A DNA stretch of 32,000 nt, taken from contig NC_017080.1 of NCBI RefSeq assembly GCF_000284115.1, positions 1,200,001-1,232,000 on the forward strand, written 5' to 3'. A model generated the notes under the pieces. The model did no database searches, was not told the DNA's origin, and saw only the letters and a list, made by a program, of their open reading frames with translations. Made by a program: the position numbers and the translations under genes. This document shows positions 17,332-27,171 of this stretch, in pieces. Position 1 is the stretch's first letter, and each line of letters opens with the position of its first letter. The stretch comes from Phycisphaera mikurensis NBRC 102666 (GTDB lineage Bacteria; Planctomycetota; Phycisphaerae; Phycisphaerales; Phycisphaeraceae).

Positions 17332-17662
17332 CGGGCACACCCCGTGCGCCCTCTCGGGGCGTCGCGGATCGTGATCGGTTCCGCCGCGGATACGCCACGG
17401 TCCGCGGATCCCGCTTGCTCGGCCTCGGGCCACCGCACACGGCGGGTGTCTGCTGCTCGGGCCGAGCATGAGCGACGGAGCCCCCGGCGGCGCGGCTCGG
17501 CAGCGGGGCGGTGGGGCTGGCGGGTTCTGCCCGCCGGTGCTCGCCGGGGCGGGGCCGCCCGCTCCCTCGCGCGGTGCGCGCTCACCTCCTGATCGTCGCC
17601 CGTGGCCGTGGAACGCCGTCGGAGCGGGCGTTCGACAAATCCGCTCTGCGCGGCCGGCCGGC

Positions 17663-18442
17663 TCAGAACACCTCGTCGTAGCGGACCGCCGCCGCCCGGA
17701 TGCCGTCGAAAAATCTCAACAGCCGCGGGTCCTCCAGCAGGCGGCGGTCGCCGCTGCGGATCGCCGCGGTGCGACCCGGCGGCGCCTCGGGCCCGCACCA
17801 GGCGGCGGCCTCGGCGTCGTCGAGCATCGGGTGGGTCACGAGCAGGTGGCGGCCCGGCGGGGCCGCACGCAGGCGATCCAGCAGGCGTTGGGCCGGGTCC
17901 GTCTCCGCGTCGTCGGCGGCCCCCGGGATCGGCGGGAGCGGGGGGACCCGGCCCTCGACAAGCAGGAGGTTCTCGCGTTCGGCGAGATCGATCAGGCGGA
18001 CCCGCAGGCCCGGCAGCCAGCCGACGCCCATGTGCTCGTCGAGGTACACCGGCCGCAGCCCCGCCGCCCGGACGCGGCCCAGCTGGGCCCGCACCTCCGC
18101 CACCGCTTCCTCCGGGTCGAAGCGCCGCTCGTGCAGGTCCATCGGCGTGGGGAGGAAGCACCCGTCGGGCCCCACGAGCGAGGGCACGCGGCTCGGCGAG
18201 AGCACGGGCCCGAACCGCGGGTGCGTCCACTCGCTGTTGAGGCAGGCGTGCAGGCCGATGCACAGCGCCGGCCGCGTGCGGAAGCGGTCGGCGGCGTCCG
18301 CCAGCGCCGGCCCGCAGCCCATCACCGAGGCGTTCCGCAGGGTGCCGCGGTCGTGGCAGCCGGCGATGGCCGCGTTGGCGCTGCGGCCTGCGCCGGCATC
18401 GTCGCCCCGAGTCACCAGCTCGATCCGCGGGCGGTGGATCAA
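17663..18442 (-). CDS. ChbG/YdjC-family carbohydrate deacetylase
   Basis: 'ELVTRGDDAGAGRSANAAIAGCHDRGTLRNASVM', 'CIGLHACLNSEW', 'VYLDEHMG', 'HLLVTHP'. Confidence 0.8.
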   Translation of the reverse strand: MIHRPRIELVTRGDDAGAGRSANAAIAGCHDRGTLRNASVMGCGPALADAADRFRTRPALCIGLHACLNSEWTHPRFGPVLSPSRVPSLVGPDGCFLPTPMDLHERRFDPEEAVAEVRAQLGRVRAAGLRPVYLDEHMGVGWLPGLRVRLIDLAERENLLLVEGRVPPLPPIPGAADDAETDPAQRLLDRLRAAPPGRHLLVTHPMLDDAEAAAWCGPEAPPGRTAAIRSGDRRLLEDPRLLRFFDGIRAAAVRYDEVF

Positions 18443-18612
18443 CGGCGCACCTCCTCCATCCGGCGGCGCGGGTGCGTACGCCCCACCGGGCGGAACCGTG
18501 GCTCCTGCGGCGGCGCGGGTTCGGGAGCCGAGGTAAAGTCTCCGGGCACGGCCTCGGAGCGTCCGGTTTCCGCCCCGCGGAGGCGTGGCGGGTGTCCGGA
18601 GACTCCTCGAGC

Positions 18613-19653
18613 ATGAGCCCCATGGAGCGGATGAAGACGGTGGTGGTCGGGTGCGGCGGGATGAGCCGCACGTGGGTCCAGGAGGCGCTCGCCGCCGAGC
18701 GGATCGACCTGGTGGGTCTGGTGGACCTGGAGGCGGAGCGAGCCCGCGCGATGGCCGACAGCTTCGGCATCGATCAAGGAGCGTGCTTCCGATCGCTGGG
18801 CGAAGCCGTTCGAGCGACCGGCGCCGACGCGGTCTTCGACGTCACGGTGCCCGCGGCCCACGCGGCGGTGACGCTGGAGGCGCTGGAGCTGGGCTGCCAC
18901 GTGCTCGGCGAGAAGCCGATGAGCGACTCGCTCGAGAACGGCCGCCGGATGGTCGACGCGGCGCAAGCGGCGGGTCGGGTGTACGCCGTGACGCAGACGC
19001 GACGCGCGCTCCCGGGCGTGCTCTCGGTCGAGGCGTTCCTGCGGGAGGGCGGGCTCGGGGAGGTGGCGGAGCTGCACAGCGACTTCTACCTGGGGTGCCA
19101 CTTCGGCGGCTTCCGCGAGGAGATGGAGCACCCGCTGGTGCTGGACATGGCCATCCACACCTTCGACAACGCCCGCCAGATCTCCGGCCGCGAGCCGGTC
19201 ACGGTGTACGCGGAGAGCTGGAACCCGGCGCACTCCTGGTACCGGGGGGACGCCTCGGCTGTCGCCGTCTTCGAGATGACCGGCGGGCTCCGCTACACCT
19301 ACCGCGGCTCGTGGTGCAACGAGGGGAACCACACCTCCTGGGCGGGCGATTGGCGGGTTGCCGGGTCGCGCGGCTCGCTGGCCTGGGACGGGGCGGACGC
19401 CATGGAGGCGCAGCGCCTCGCGGCCGATCCCGGCGAGGGCTTCCATCGCGAGCTCGAGACGATCGACGTGCCGCGGGTGACGCTGGAGCACGAGGGCCAC
19501 GCCCACCTCATACGCCAATTCGCCGAGCACGTGTGCTCGGGCGGGCGTACGCCGCTCGCCTGCCCGGCGGCGGACAACCTGCCCAGCCTGGCGATGGTGC
19601 TCGCGGCGGTGGAGAGCCTCCGCACCGGCAACCGGGTGCCCGTGCGCTGGTGA
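18613..19653 (+). CDS. Gfo/Idh/MocA-family oxidoreductase
   Basis: 'KTVVVGCGGMSRTWVQEALA', 'CHVLGEKPMSDSLENGRRM'; start could be 18613, 18622 or 18631. Confidence 0.9.
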   Translation: MSPMERMKTVVVGCGGMSRTWVQEALAAERIDLVGLVDLEAERARAMADSFGIDQGACFRSLGEAVRATGADAVFDVTVPAAHAAVTLEALELGCHVLGEKPMSDSLENGRRMVDAAQAAGRVYAVTQTRRALPGVLSVEAFLREGGLGEVAELHSDFYLGCHFGGFREEMEHPLVLDMAIHTFDNARQISGREPVTVYAESWNPAHSWYRGDASAVAVFEMTGGLRYTYRGSWCNEGNHTSWAGDWRVAGSRGSLAWDGADAMEAQRLAADPGEGFHRELETIDVPRVTLEHEGHAHLIRQFAEHVCSGGRTPLACPAADNLPSLAMVLAAVESLRTGNRVPVRW

Positions 19654-19724
19654 ACGCCGCCGGGCCGCGGGTCCCGCCACCCGGCGGCGACTCGGCGTCT
19701 GGGCGGTCGGCCCCCGCAGGAGGC

Positions 19725-20702
19725 TCACCCGCTCAACCCGGGCTCGTCGAGTCTCACCACCCGGTTTCCCTCGGCCGAGCGGAAGACGGCCTCGGCCACC
19801 CGCATCACCTCCAGCCCCCAGGCGACATCGCAGTGCGGCTCACCTTCGCCGCGGATGGCCGCCCGCCAGCGGGCGCGGAGGTCAACGGCGGGCCGCAGCT
19901 CGGCGGGCTCGCGGTCCTGGCCCAACGACGCCGCGTCGACGCCGCGGCCCCACTCGTCGGTGGCGCCGCCGCCGGCGGTGCCGTGCAGGCCCCTGGAGAA
20001 GTTCGGCGTGGCGCTGCGCCAGGAGCCCTCGTGCTGGCCCACGGCGCCGCTCTTGAACGAGAGCGTCACCCAGATGTGGTCGTTGGCGCGCGGCCCGTGC
20101 GTCAGCGTGGTGCGGGTCACCGCATGAACGGACGACACCGCGCCGGCAACATGCATCATCCAGTCGATCTCGTGGACGTTGACCTCCAGCAGCAGCCCGC
20201 CGGAGCGGCCCGGATCGGCACGCCAGCCTCCGAAGGCGTCGTCGGGGAGAAACATCAGCCGGCGGCTCCAGATCGAGATCAGCTCGCCCACGCGGCCGCT
20301 GTCCAGGAGGTGCTTGAGCGTCTGGGCCTCGCGGGACAGCCGCGGCGAGAAACCCACCGCGGAGGCGACGCCCGCATCGGTCACCGCCGCCGCGATCCGG
20401 CGGGCGTCTGCAAGGCAGAGGCCCAACGGCTTCTCGCAGAAGAGGTGCTTCCCGGCCTCGGCCACGGCGATGGCGTGCTCGGCGTGCAGGAAGTTCGGCG
20501 AGGAGACCACCACCGCGTCGACGTCATCGAGCATCTCCTCGAAGCCGCGGACGTGATGGGCTCCCGTCTCCTCCGCGAGCGCACGACCGGGCCCCTCGGC
20601 CGGATCGGCCACGGCGACCACCTCCGCCTCCCCGGAATCGCGATGCGCGTGAGCGTGGGTCCTCGCGTTGGGTCCAGCGCCGATGATGCCGATGCGGATC
20701 AA
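19725..20702 (-). CDS. Gfo/Idh/MocA-family oxidoreductase
   Basis: 'IRIGIIGAGPNARTHAHAH', 'GKHLFCEKPLGLCLADARRIAAA', 'LLLEVNVHEIDWMMHVAG'; TTG start overlapping upstream stop. Confidence 0.9.
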   Translation of the reverse strand: MIRIGIIGAGPNARTHAHAHRDSGEAEVVAVADPAEGPGRALAEETGAHHVRGFEEMLDDVDAVVVSSPNFLHAEHAIAVAEAGKHLFCEKPLGLCLADARRIAAAVTDAGVASAVGFSPRLSREAQTLKHLLDSGRVGELISIWSRRLMFLPDDAFGGWRADPGRSGGLLLEVNVHEIDWMMHVAGAVSSVHAVTRTTLTHGPRANDHIWVTLSFKSGAVGQHEGSWRSATPNFSRGLHGTAGGGATDEWGRGVDAASLGQDREPAELRPAVDLRARWRAAIRGEGEPHCDVAWGLEVMRVAEAVFRSAEGNRVVRLDEPGLSG

Positions 20703-23700
20703 GACGGCTCCTCCGCCTCGCCGCTTCGTTCGCGGGCCGCGAGGTAGCCCCAGGTGTACGCGACGCGGTGGAAGGTCTGGTGGATCGTGTACTCGTTCAT
20801 CGGCGGCCACCCGAAGATGTCCACGTAGAACTCGGAGGTCGGCCACGCGCGAGAGTCGGGGTGCATGACGCCGGCGAGCCGCCAGGTGTGCGCCCAGTCG
20901 AAGGCTCCGCCGGCGAGCTGCGGGTCGCTGGGGCCGTACACGGTGATGCCCGGCGGCGGGGCGTGGCCGGTGTGGTGGCTGTCCATGTGCAGCGGCCAGC
21001 GGGGGCTGCGGTGGCCAAGACCGGTGGTGAGGGTGCGGTTCATCGGATTCGCCCCGGCGGCGAAGTCGCACGAGCGGATGGTCGCGGCGAGGAAGCGCTC
21101 CTCGCCGGTAAGCGCGTGCGCCCGCACGCACACCTCGCTGAGGATCCCCGGCGTGGAGAAGTAGCCGAGCCAGCCCATCACCGGCAGGCTCGGGATGTCG
21201 GTGGTGAGGCCGAAGGCATTGCCTTCGGCGAACGCGATGGCCCGCTCGGCCGCCTCAAGGATCTGCGCCCGGGCGGCGTCGGCCAGCGCGGGATCGGCCA
21301 GCGAAGCCGGCAGCCGCGCGTACGCGAACGCCGCGTCGTGCTGCTCCAGCGCGTTCCCGGGGTGGCCGGCGAGCGTCGAGGTGTCGCGGAACGCTTGGTG
21401 GTACCGCGGCGCTTCGGTGAGGTTGTACAGCTCCACCGCCGCGAGCGAGCGGAAGGTGTCGCGGAGCGCCTCGACGTTGTTGCCGCCGCCACGCGCCGCG
21501 ACCTCCGCGGCGACGCGCGCCTCGTTGGCTTCCGCCCAGGCGAACGCACGCTCGGCGGCCTCGCGATGAGCAGCCGCAAGGGCCGGATCGGCAACCGCGA
21601 GCACGCGGGCGGCCTTGGCGGCCACCGCGGCGAAGTGGTAGCTGCTGACGTGATCGGGCGCGAAGACGCCCACCAGGAGCGTCTCCTGCCAGCTCGCCTC
21701 GCCGTGCCGCGGGTGGGCCGCGGACTCAATGCCGCCGCGGACGCCGCCCTCGGACGTCTGGAGCCGGCGGAACAGGTCGACGGTCCACAGCGCCTCGTTG
21801 GCGACGTCCGGCAGCGCGTCCGAGGCCTCGTCTTCGGGCAGGGCCAGGGAGATCCGCGTGAAGAACTCCGGGTGCAGCTCGACGGCCTCGAGCAACAGGT
21901 ACGCGGTCTTGAGGTGGTTGCGGTTGCGGTCCCAATCGCCCGCGTCCATGTGCCCGCCCCAGGCTTCAGGCGCCACGGTCAGCCGGCCGGTGTCCAGGCC
22001 GTCGCCGAGCTGCCGCTGCAGGTCCTCCAGCACCGCCTTGGCCTCCCCCTCCAGCGTGGTGACGCCGAGCTGATAAACGTCGAAGCCGTCGTCGGGGTGC
22101 ATCGGCCGCGGACGCTCGTACGGCAACAGCGGCGGGCCCAGCGCGATCCCGCTGCGGTGGGCAAGGAGGCCGCGCATCGCGACGCGGAGCGCGTCCATCC
22201 AGGCTTCGTGCCGGATCTCGAAGGGGAAGCTGCAGCCAAGCCCGGGGACGTGGACGCGGTACGTGCCGGGCGTCCGAAAGTCGCTGAAATCCAGGTGGAA
22301 GACGTCGGTGAGGCTGTGATTCCGGTCGCCCTGGAGGCTCTCTGCCGTGTCCTGCGCCACCCCCATCCGGACCTCGCCCCGGAAGACCGTTTCGTCGTTG
22401 CGCTCGTCGAGCAGTTCGAAGCGCTCCACCGCGTCGAAAGCGACGCCACCGCCGTCGCCGGTCCAGTGCGAGAGGTAGGCCCGCTTGTGTGGGTCGTCGG
22501 GGCGGTAGCCGATCTGCGAGACGTGGATGGCGGGGCTCCGCTCGACGCGGGGCGCGTGCGTGTACGTGACCTCCTGCTGCGCCGTGTTCAACCCCGGGAA
22601 GCCGATCCGGACCGTCTGGCCCGCCTCCAGCGGCGCCGGCAGGCGGAGCGCGATGCGGTGCTCCGTCTCCACCCGCTCGGCCGTCTCCAGGTTCGGCGCA
22701 ACGGGGCGGCTCTTGCGGTGGACCTCCTCGGGCTCGACGCCCTCGGCCGCAGCGTTCCCAATGCCCATCAATCGGTAGGCCGCGGGCAGGTCGACCGTGA
22801 GCGGCTCGAGCAAGAGCCCCTCGAAGTCGACCTCCGGCCACAGCACGTCCTGGTCGCCCACCACGTAGCCGGCGGAGCGGAGCTCGCCCTTGTCGTTCTT
22901 CCGCATCAACCGGACGTTCTCCGCCGCAACCACGACGCGGCCGTCCAGCCGGCGCAGCGTCGGGTTCTCGTCGGGCCGCAACTCGTCGCCGGGCTGCTTG
23001 ATGTAGGGCTGCTGCGGCTGCCGGATCGTCCGCCCGGCGTGGATCTCGACCTCCAGCAGATCCGCCCCGACGGGTCGGACGGCCACCACCCGCGGAGCGT
23101 CCTCGCCACGCTGTGGGTTGGCGAGTGCGGCCTCGACGGCGAGGCGGTGGGCTTCGGCTTCCTCGGCTCGCCGCCGCGTCCGCTCCGCCTGCTCGGCGAG
23201 AACCTCGGGCCCGGGCTCCACCAGGCGGATCTCCCGGATCGTCAGGTCGACCGGATCCTTGGTCCAGTCGCCGAGCACCTGCACCGAGGTGATGGCCGCG
23301 GGATCGAACGTCCCGGAGCCCTCCACGCGGCTGGGGTCCTGGAGGGTGGCACCCTCTCGCGGCGTCACCTCCACCTCCTCGGTTCCAGCGTCCCGCGGCA
23401 GGTCGTAGCGGAAGACGTGCTTCGCGTCGTCGGCGAGGATCTGCAGCGTGAGCGACGAGGTCCGGTTCGTTGCGCCGGGCCGGAGCCGGATCTCCGGGAC
23501 CCGCGCACCGAGCCCGGACAGATCCAGCTTCTCGTGGATGCCCGCGCCACCCCGGGCGGTGGAACCGCTCAGCCGCACGCCGCTCTGGCTGCCCCCGGTG
23601 GCGTCGAGCGCGCCGAAGTCGTAGTCGAATCCGTCCTCGGCCCGGAACAGCACCGAGGCGAGCTCCGCGTCCCGCCGGTCCACTTCCACCACCTCCAGGT

Positions 23701-24202
23701 CGTCGACCCAGAGCGTTCCGCGGCCCTGCAGAAGGATCATCAGCAGCCCGTCGGCGGCCCCCTCCGGAACCTCCACCCGGCGCTCGAAGCTGCGCCACGC
23801 CCGCCCGCCCGACCACCGGCTCAGTTCCACCCAGGCGAGCTGCTCGTACGACGCGTCGCGCAGCGACACCGCGACGCTCGCGAGGTCGACGTCGCCGCTG
23901 GAGCGGACCTTCCCTCGAACCAGGAACGCGCCGGGTGCGAGATCTTCGAGCCGCTGCGACACGCTTCCGGAGACCGGCCCGCCCGCGGCTTCGAGCCGCA
24001 GCGAGGCGGGCGCACTCGCGAAGTCGGCGGTGTCGCGGACCACGCTCAGCTCGCCGCGGTCGACGCTCGGTTCGCTCCAGGCGGCGGCCCCCGTGGGGCC
24101 GGCCGCCTCGGTGAAGGAACCGTTCTGGATCGCGGGCAGAGCCCGGCTCGGCACGGCCGCAGCGAGTGCCAGAACAGCGAGCGGAAGCAGGCGCAGAAGC
24201 AT
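20699..24202 (-). CDS. Large secreted glycoside hydrolase family 9-like protein with N-terminal beta-rich/carbohydrate-binding-like region
   Basis: Signal peptide 'MLLRLLPLAVLALAAAVPSRA'; N-terminal Ig-like 'IHVSQIGYRPDDPHKRAYLS'; catalytic-domain features 'GGHMDAGDWDRN', 'NPMNRTLTTGLGHRSPRWPLHMDSHH', 'EYTIHQTF'. Confidence 0.85.
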   Translation of the reverse strand: MLLRLLPLAVLALAAAVPSRALPAIQNGSFTEAAGPTGAAAWSEPSVDRGELSVVRDTADFASAPASLRLEAAGGPVSGSVSQRLEDLAPGAFLVRGKVRSSGDVDLASVAVSLRDASYEQLAWVELSRWSGGRAWRSFERRVEVPEGAADGLLMILLQGRGTLWVDDLEVVEVDRRDAELASVLFRAEDGFDYDFGALDATGGSQSGVRLSGSTARGGAGIHEKLDLSGLGARVPEIRLRPGATNRTSSLTLQILADDAKHVFRYDLPRDAGTEEVEVTPREGATLQDPSRVEGSGTFDPAAITSVQVLGDWTKDPVDLTIREIRLVEPGPEVLAEQAERTRRRAEEAEAHRLAVEAALANPQRGEDAPRVVAVRPVGADLLEVEIHAGRTIRQPQQPYIKQPGDELRPDENPTLRRLDGRVVVAAENVRLMRKNDKGELRSAGYVVGDQDVLWPEVDFEGLLLEPLTVDLPAAYRLMGIGNAAAEGVEPEEVHRKSRPVAPNLETAERVETEHRIALRLPAPLEAGQTVRIGFPGLNTAQQEVTYTHAPRVERSPAIHVSQIGYRPDDPHKRAYLSHWTGDGGGVAFDAVERFELLDERNDETVFRGEVRMGVAQDTAESLQGDRNHSLTDVFHLDFSDFRTPGTYRVHVPGLGCSFPFEIRHEAWMDALRVAMRGLLAHRSGIALGPPLLPYERPRPMHPDDGFDVYQLGVTTLEGEAKAVLEDLQRQLGDGLDTGRLTVAPEAWGGHMDAGDWDRNRNHLKTAYLLLEAVELHPEFFTRISLALPEDEASDALPDVANEALWTVDLFRRLQTSEGGVRGGIESAAHPRHGEASWQETLLVGVFAPDHVSSYHFAAVAAKAARVLAVADPALAAAHREAAERAFAWAEANEARVAAEVAARGGGNNVEALRDTFRSLAAVELYNLTEAPRYHQAFRDTSTLAGHPGNALEQHDAAFAYARLPASLADPALADAARAQILEAAERAIAFAEGNAFGLTTDIPSLPVMGWLGYFSTPGILSEVCVRAHALTGEERFLAATIRSCDFAAGANPMNRTLTTGLGHRSPRWPLHMDSHHTGHAPPPGITVYGPSDPQLAGGAFDWAHTWRLAGVMHPDSRAWPTSEFYVDIFGWPPMNEYTIHQTFHRVAYTWGYLAARERSGEAEEPS

Positions 24203-24213
24203 GGGGGGTCCGA

Positions 24214-24490
24214 TCAGGCGGCGGTGTGCACCCGCGTGCAGCCGGCAAGGTGCTCGAAGCTGGCGGCGGCCGACGCGGCCGCGGACCCGGTGGGTTTGTC
24301 GGTCTCCACGACGACCCAGCCGCGGTATCCGCTGCGCCCGAGCTGGTGCTGCACAGCGGCGAAGTCGATCCCAACGTTGCCCCGTCCCAGCTCCACGAAA
24401 CGCCCCCCGCCGGGCTCCTCCCGCCAGTCCTTGAGGTGGATGTGGCGGATGTGCTCCTGGAAGGTCTGCAGAAACGCGATGGGGTCGCAC
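24214..24490 (-). pseudogene. 3' remnant of a sugar phosphate isomerase/epimerase (xylose isomerase-like TIM barrel)
   Basis: 'DPIAFLQTFQEHIRHIHLKDWREEPGGGRFVELGRGNVGIDFAAVQHQLGRSGYRGWVVVETD' matches only the C-terminal part of the family; residues upstream in frame do not resemble the family. Confidence 0.7.
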
Positions 24491-24748
24491 CGCACCGGGG
24501 GGGGAAAAGGTGACAGCCACCGATTTCCCGGATCTGCCTCCGCCTCTTCTTCTGCCCATCCCTTGATGGAGCGAAGCGTCGCCCGCACGCCGGCCGACCC
24601 CCGCCCGCGGACCATCGAGCCCAGCGGCCGAAACCCGCGACGGTCCGCGGATCTGCGGGTCCGCGAGCGTTTTGAGGAACGGCGTTGAGTGGGTTCAAGC
24701 CAGAAAACGCTTCCAGGGCAGGAAGTCGCAGTTTCCACCATGGGTGGA

Positions 24749-25600
24749 TCAGCGTTTCGAAGGATCCGGCCAGACGCTCTCGTCCACCTCGGTGTATCCC
24801 AGCGGGTCCTCCCGTCGGCCGTTCATCAGGGCGAAGCCCAGCACGTGGACCGGCAGGTACTCCCGCACCTCCACCGGCCGGTCGCCGGGCGTCCACGTGG
24901 TGCTCCACGCGTTCGCCACGGTCGGGTCGATCTCGAAGTACAGCTCCAACTCCAGCCGCTCCCGGTTGACCTTCTGGGCTTCGCCGGCGGGCATCGGGAA
25001 GCTGAGCGTCGCCTTCCGCGAGCCGAGCACCCTTGGCATGCCCCGCATGGTCTTGCTGAACCAGTCGTTGGTCATGGCCAGCCCGACCGCATAGGCCACG
25101 ACAGGCCGCTTCTCGGTGCCACCCGCCGGACCCGGGACGGCCGCCGTCGGCTGCGGCAGGCGTCGGCCGTCCCACCGCTCGATGACGAACGCCGGCCCCT
25201 TCAGGTCCGACGGCTGGCCCGTCCCTCGGTCCACCGCCTGGATGGGGGCAGCGGGCAGCCGGCCGCCGAACGTCCCGTAGGTGACGTCCCATGCGCCCGC
25301 ATCCGCGTCGAACGACCGCTCCCCGAGGTCTTCCTCCGGCATGCGGACGCGGTAGACGACCCGCTCCTCGCCGAAAGCAGCCCGCGCGGCGTAAGCGTGC
25401 GTCGTCTCGAACTCGCCCTTGGGATTTACCACGCCCGCTTCGATGAGGTTCTGCAACTCCGTGCCACGCCGCAACTCCACCGCCTGCGGGGGCGTCGCAT
25501 CTTCCTGCGCCGCAAGCGACGGTGCTTCGAGGATCAGCGCAGCGACCAGCGCCGCTGCGACGAAGACGAGCAGTCTGGAAACGGAAGAGAGGTCGAACAT
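24749..25600 (-). CDS. Secreted hypothetical protein
   Basis: 'MFDLSSVSRLLVFVAAALVAALILEAPSLAAQEDATPP' signal peptide; ORF free of stops; 'YFEIDPTVANAWSTTWTPGDRPVEVREYLPVHVLG'. Confidence 0.75.
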   Translation of the reverse strand: MFDLSSVSRLLVFVAAALVAALILEAPSLAAQEDATPPQAVELRRGTELQNLIEAGVVNPKGEFETTHAYAARAAFGEERVVYRVRMPEEDLGERSFDADAGAWDVTYGTFGGRLPAAPIQAVDRGTGQPSDLKGPAFVIERWDGRRLPQPTAAVPGPAGGTEKRPVVAYAVGLAMTNDWFSKTMRGMPRVLGSRKATLSFPMPAGEAQKVNRERLELELYFEIDPTVANAWSTTWTPGDRPVEVREYLPVHVLGFALMNGRREDPLGYTEVDESVWPDPSKR

Positions 25601-25856
25601 CGTTGGAAGGTAGAAGCTCTTCGTCGGCGCGCGAAGCGCCGTGCTAGCGGGAACGGCCCCGCCGCGGTGGACGCTCCGGCGGCGAGCGTCGGTGTGGCTC
25701 TTCGCGGACCGTGCGCGATATTCCGATCGCCTCTGCGGGCGAGTCGTGCTTCTCGCTTCGTCGGCTGCATCGCCCCGCAGGGGCAGGGCTGCTTCGCCTC
25801 CTCACGAGGAACAAGACGCGCGGACGCGGGCCGATCGGAAGATGGCACAAGATGCT

Positions 25857-27032
25857 CTAGTCACGCCCGACGCGCAGCGACGCCGCGGCGACGTGGCCGC
25901 CGAAGCCGGCGGCGAAGACGGCGTGCAGGCCGTCGGGCAGGTCGCGGGTCTCGGGGGAGAGGTCCAGGGGGGTGTCCAGCGGCTGCTCGATCCACGGCAT
26001 CGGCGGGCGGCGGTTGGCTCTCGCGCACAGCGCGGCGAGCACGAGGGAGCCGAGGCCGGCGGCGCCGAGGCCGTGGCCGATGGCGCCCTTGGCGGCGTAG
26101 ACGGCGGGCGCGTCTGCGGCGGCGGAGGCCAGCGCCGCCAGTTCCATCGGGTCGTGCGTGGGCGTCCCCGGGGCGTGCGGGTGCAGGCAGGCGACGCGTT
26201 CGGTCCGGATCACCTCCCCGGCGACGCGGCGCAGGGCGGGCATGCCGGGGGCGGGCCGGAGCAGGTCGAAGCCGTCGGCGGCGACGGCGGTGGCGACGAG
26301 CTCGATGCCGGGGCGGTCGTCGGCCGTCAGCACGACCGCGGCGGCGGACTCGGCGAGCACGAAGCCGCGGCGGGCGGCGGACAGCGGCCGGCCGGCGTAG
26401 TCGTCCAGCGGGGCGAGCACGCCGAGCCTCGCGTGGGCGTGGACGAACAGCGGGAGCAACGCGGCCTCGGCGGTGACGACCAGCGCGGCGTCGAGGCGGC
26501 CGGAGGCCACGCCGCGGGCGGCGGCGTCGAGCGCGACCAGCGAGGCGGCGCAGGCCGCGACGCGGTGGTCGGCGACGGCCACGCCCAGCCGCCGGGCCAG
26601 CCCGCGGGCGAAGAGCGCGTGCGGGCCCATCGCCACCGCCTCGGCGTCGGGCCCGCGGACCGGCGGCGCGTCGGGCCCGCCGAGCAGGCGGTCCGCGGCG
26701 GCGGCGTGGGCGGCGGCGGCGCCCTTGCTCGTGCCCAGGTAAACCGCCAGGCCTTTGGCCTCCACGCCCGCCTCGAGGCAGGCCTCGCGGGCGGCGGTCT
26801 CGGCGAGGTCGATCGCCGGATCCTCGCGGGCGAAGCGGGCGTTGGCGACGCCGCCGATCGCCAGCACGCGCGGCATCGGCTCGGTGTCGGGCTCGAGCTT
26901 CGCGAGCCGGTCGGCCAGCGTCCGGCCCGCGAGCAGGGCCGAGAAGTTCGGCCACGCCCCCGAGGCGAGCGGCGTGACGAGCCCGAGGCCGGCGAGGCGG
27001 ACGCGGCGCGGAAGGGGGGAGGCGTCGTTCAT
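25857..27032 (-). CDS. Beta-ketoacyl-ACP synthase (FabF/KAS II-like)
   Basis: Cys motif 'HRVAACAASLVALDAAARG', 'HAPGTPTHDPMELAAL', 'KGAIGHGLGAAGLGSLVLA'; C/H/H catalytic layout. Confidence 0.88.
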   Translation of the reverse strand: MNDASPLPRRVRLAGLGLVTPLASGAWPNFSALLAGRTLADRLAKLEPDTEPMPRVLAIGGVANARFAREDPAIDLAETAAREACLEAGVEAKGLAVYLGTSKGAAAAHAAAADRLLGGPDAPPVRGPDAEAVAMGPHALFARGLARRLGVAVADHRVAACAASLVALDAAARGVASGRLDAALVVTAEAALLPLFVHAHARLGVLAPLDDYAGRPLSAARRGFVLAESAAAVVLTADDRPGIELVATAVAADGFDLLRPAPGMPALRRVAGEVIRTERVACLHPHAPGTPTHDPMELAALASAAADAPAVYAAKGAIGHGLGAAGLGSLVLAALCARANRRPPMPWIEQPLDTPLDLSPETRDLPDGLHAVFAAGFGGHVAAASLRVGRD

Positions 27033-27171
27033 GGCGGATCCGCGGACCGTCGGCCCCGGCGGCTCGGAACCGCCGCGGTCCGCGGCCGGGGCATCATGCC
27101 ATCCGGTGGCCGGGTCGCGTAACCTCCCGGCCCCCGGGCCGCGGCCGAACGCCTCCCCGGGAGCCCGCTCC

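Noticed and set aside
20768-24688. 1306-aa plus-strand ORF
   Set aside because: Antisense shadow of the high-GC GH9 gene; Arg/Pro/Gly-rich with no domains.
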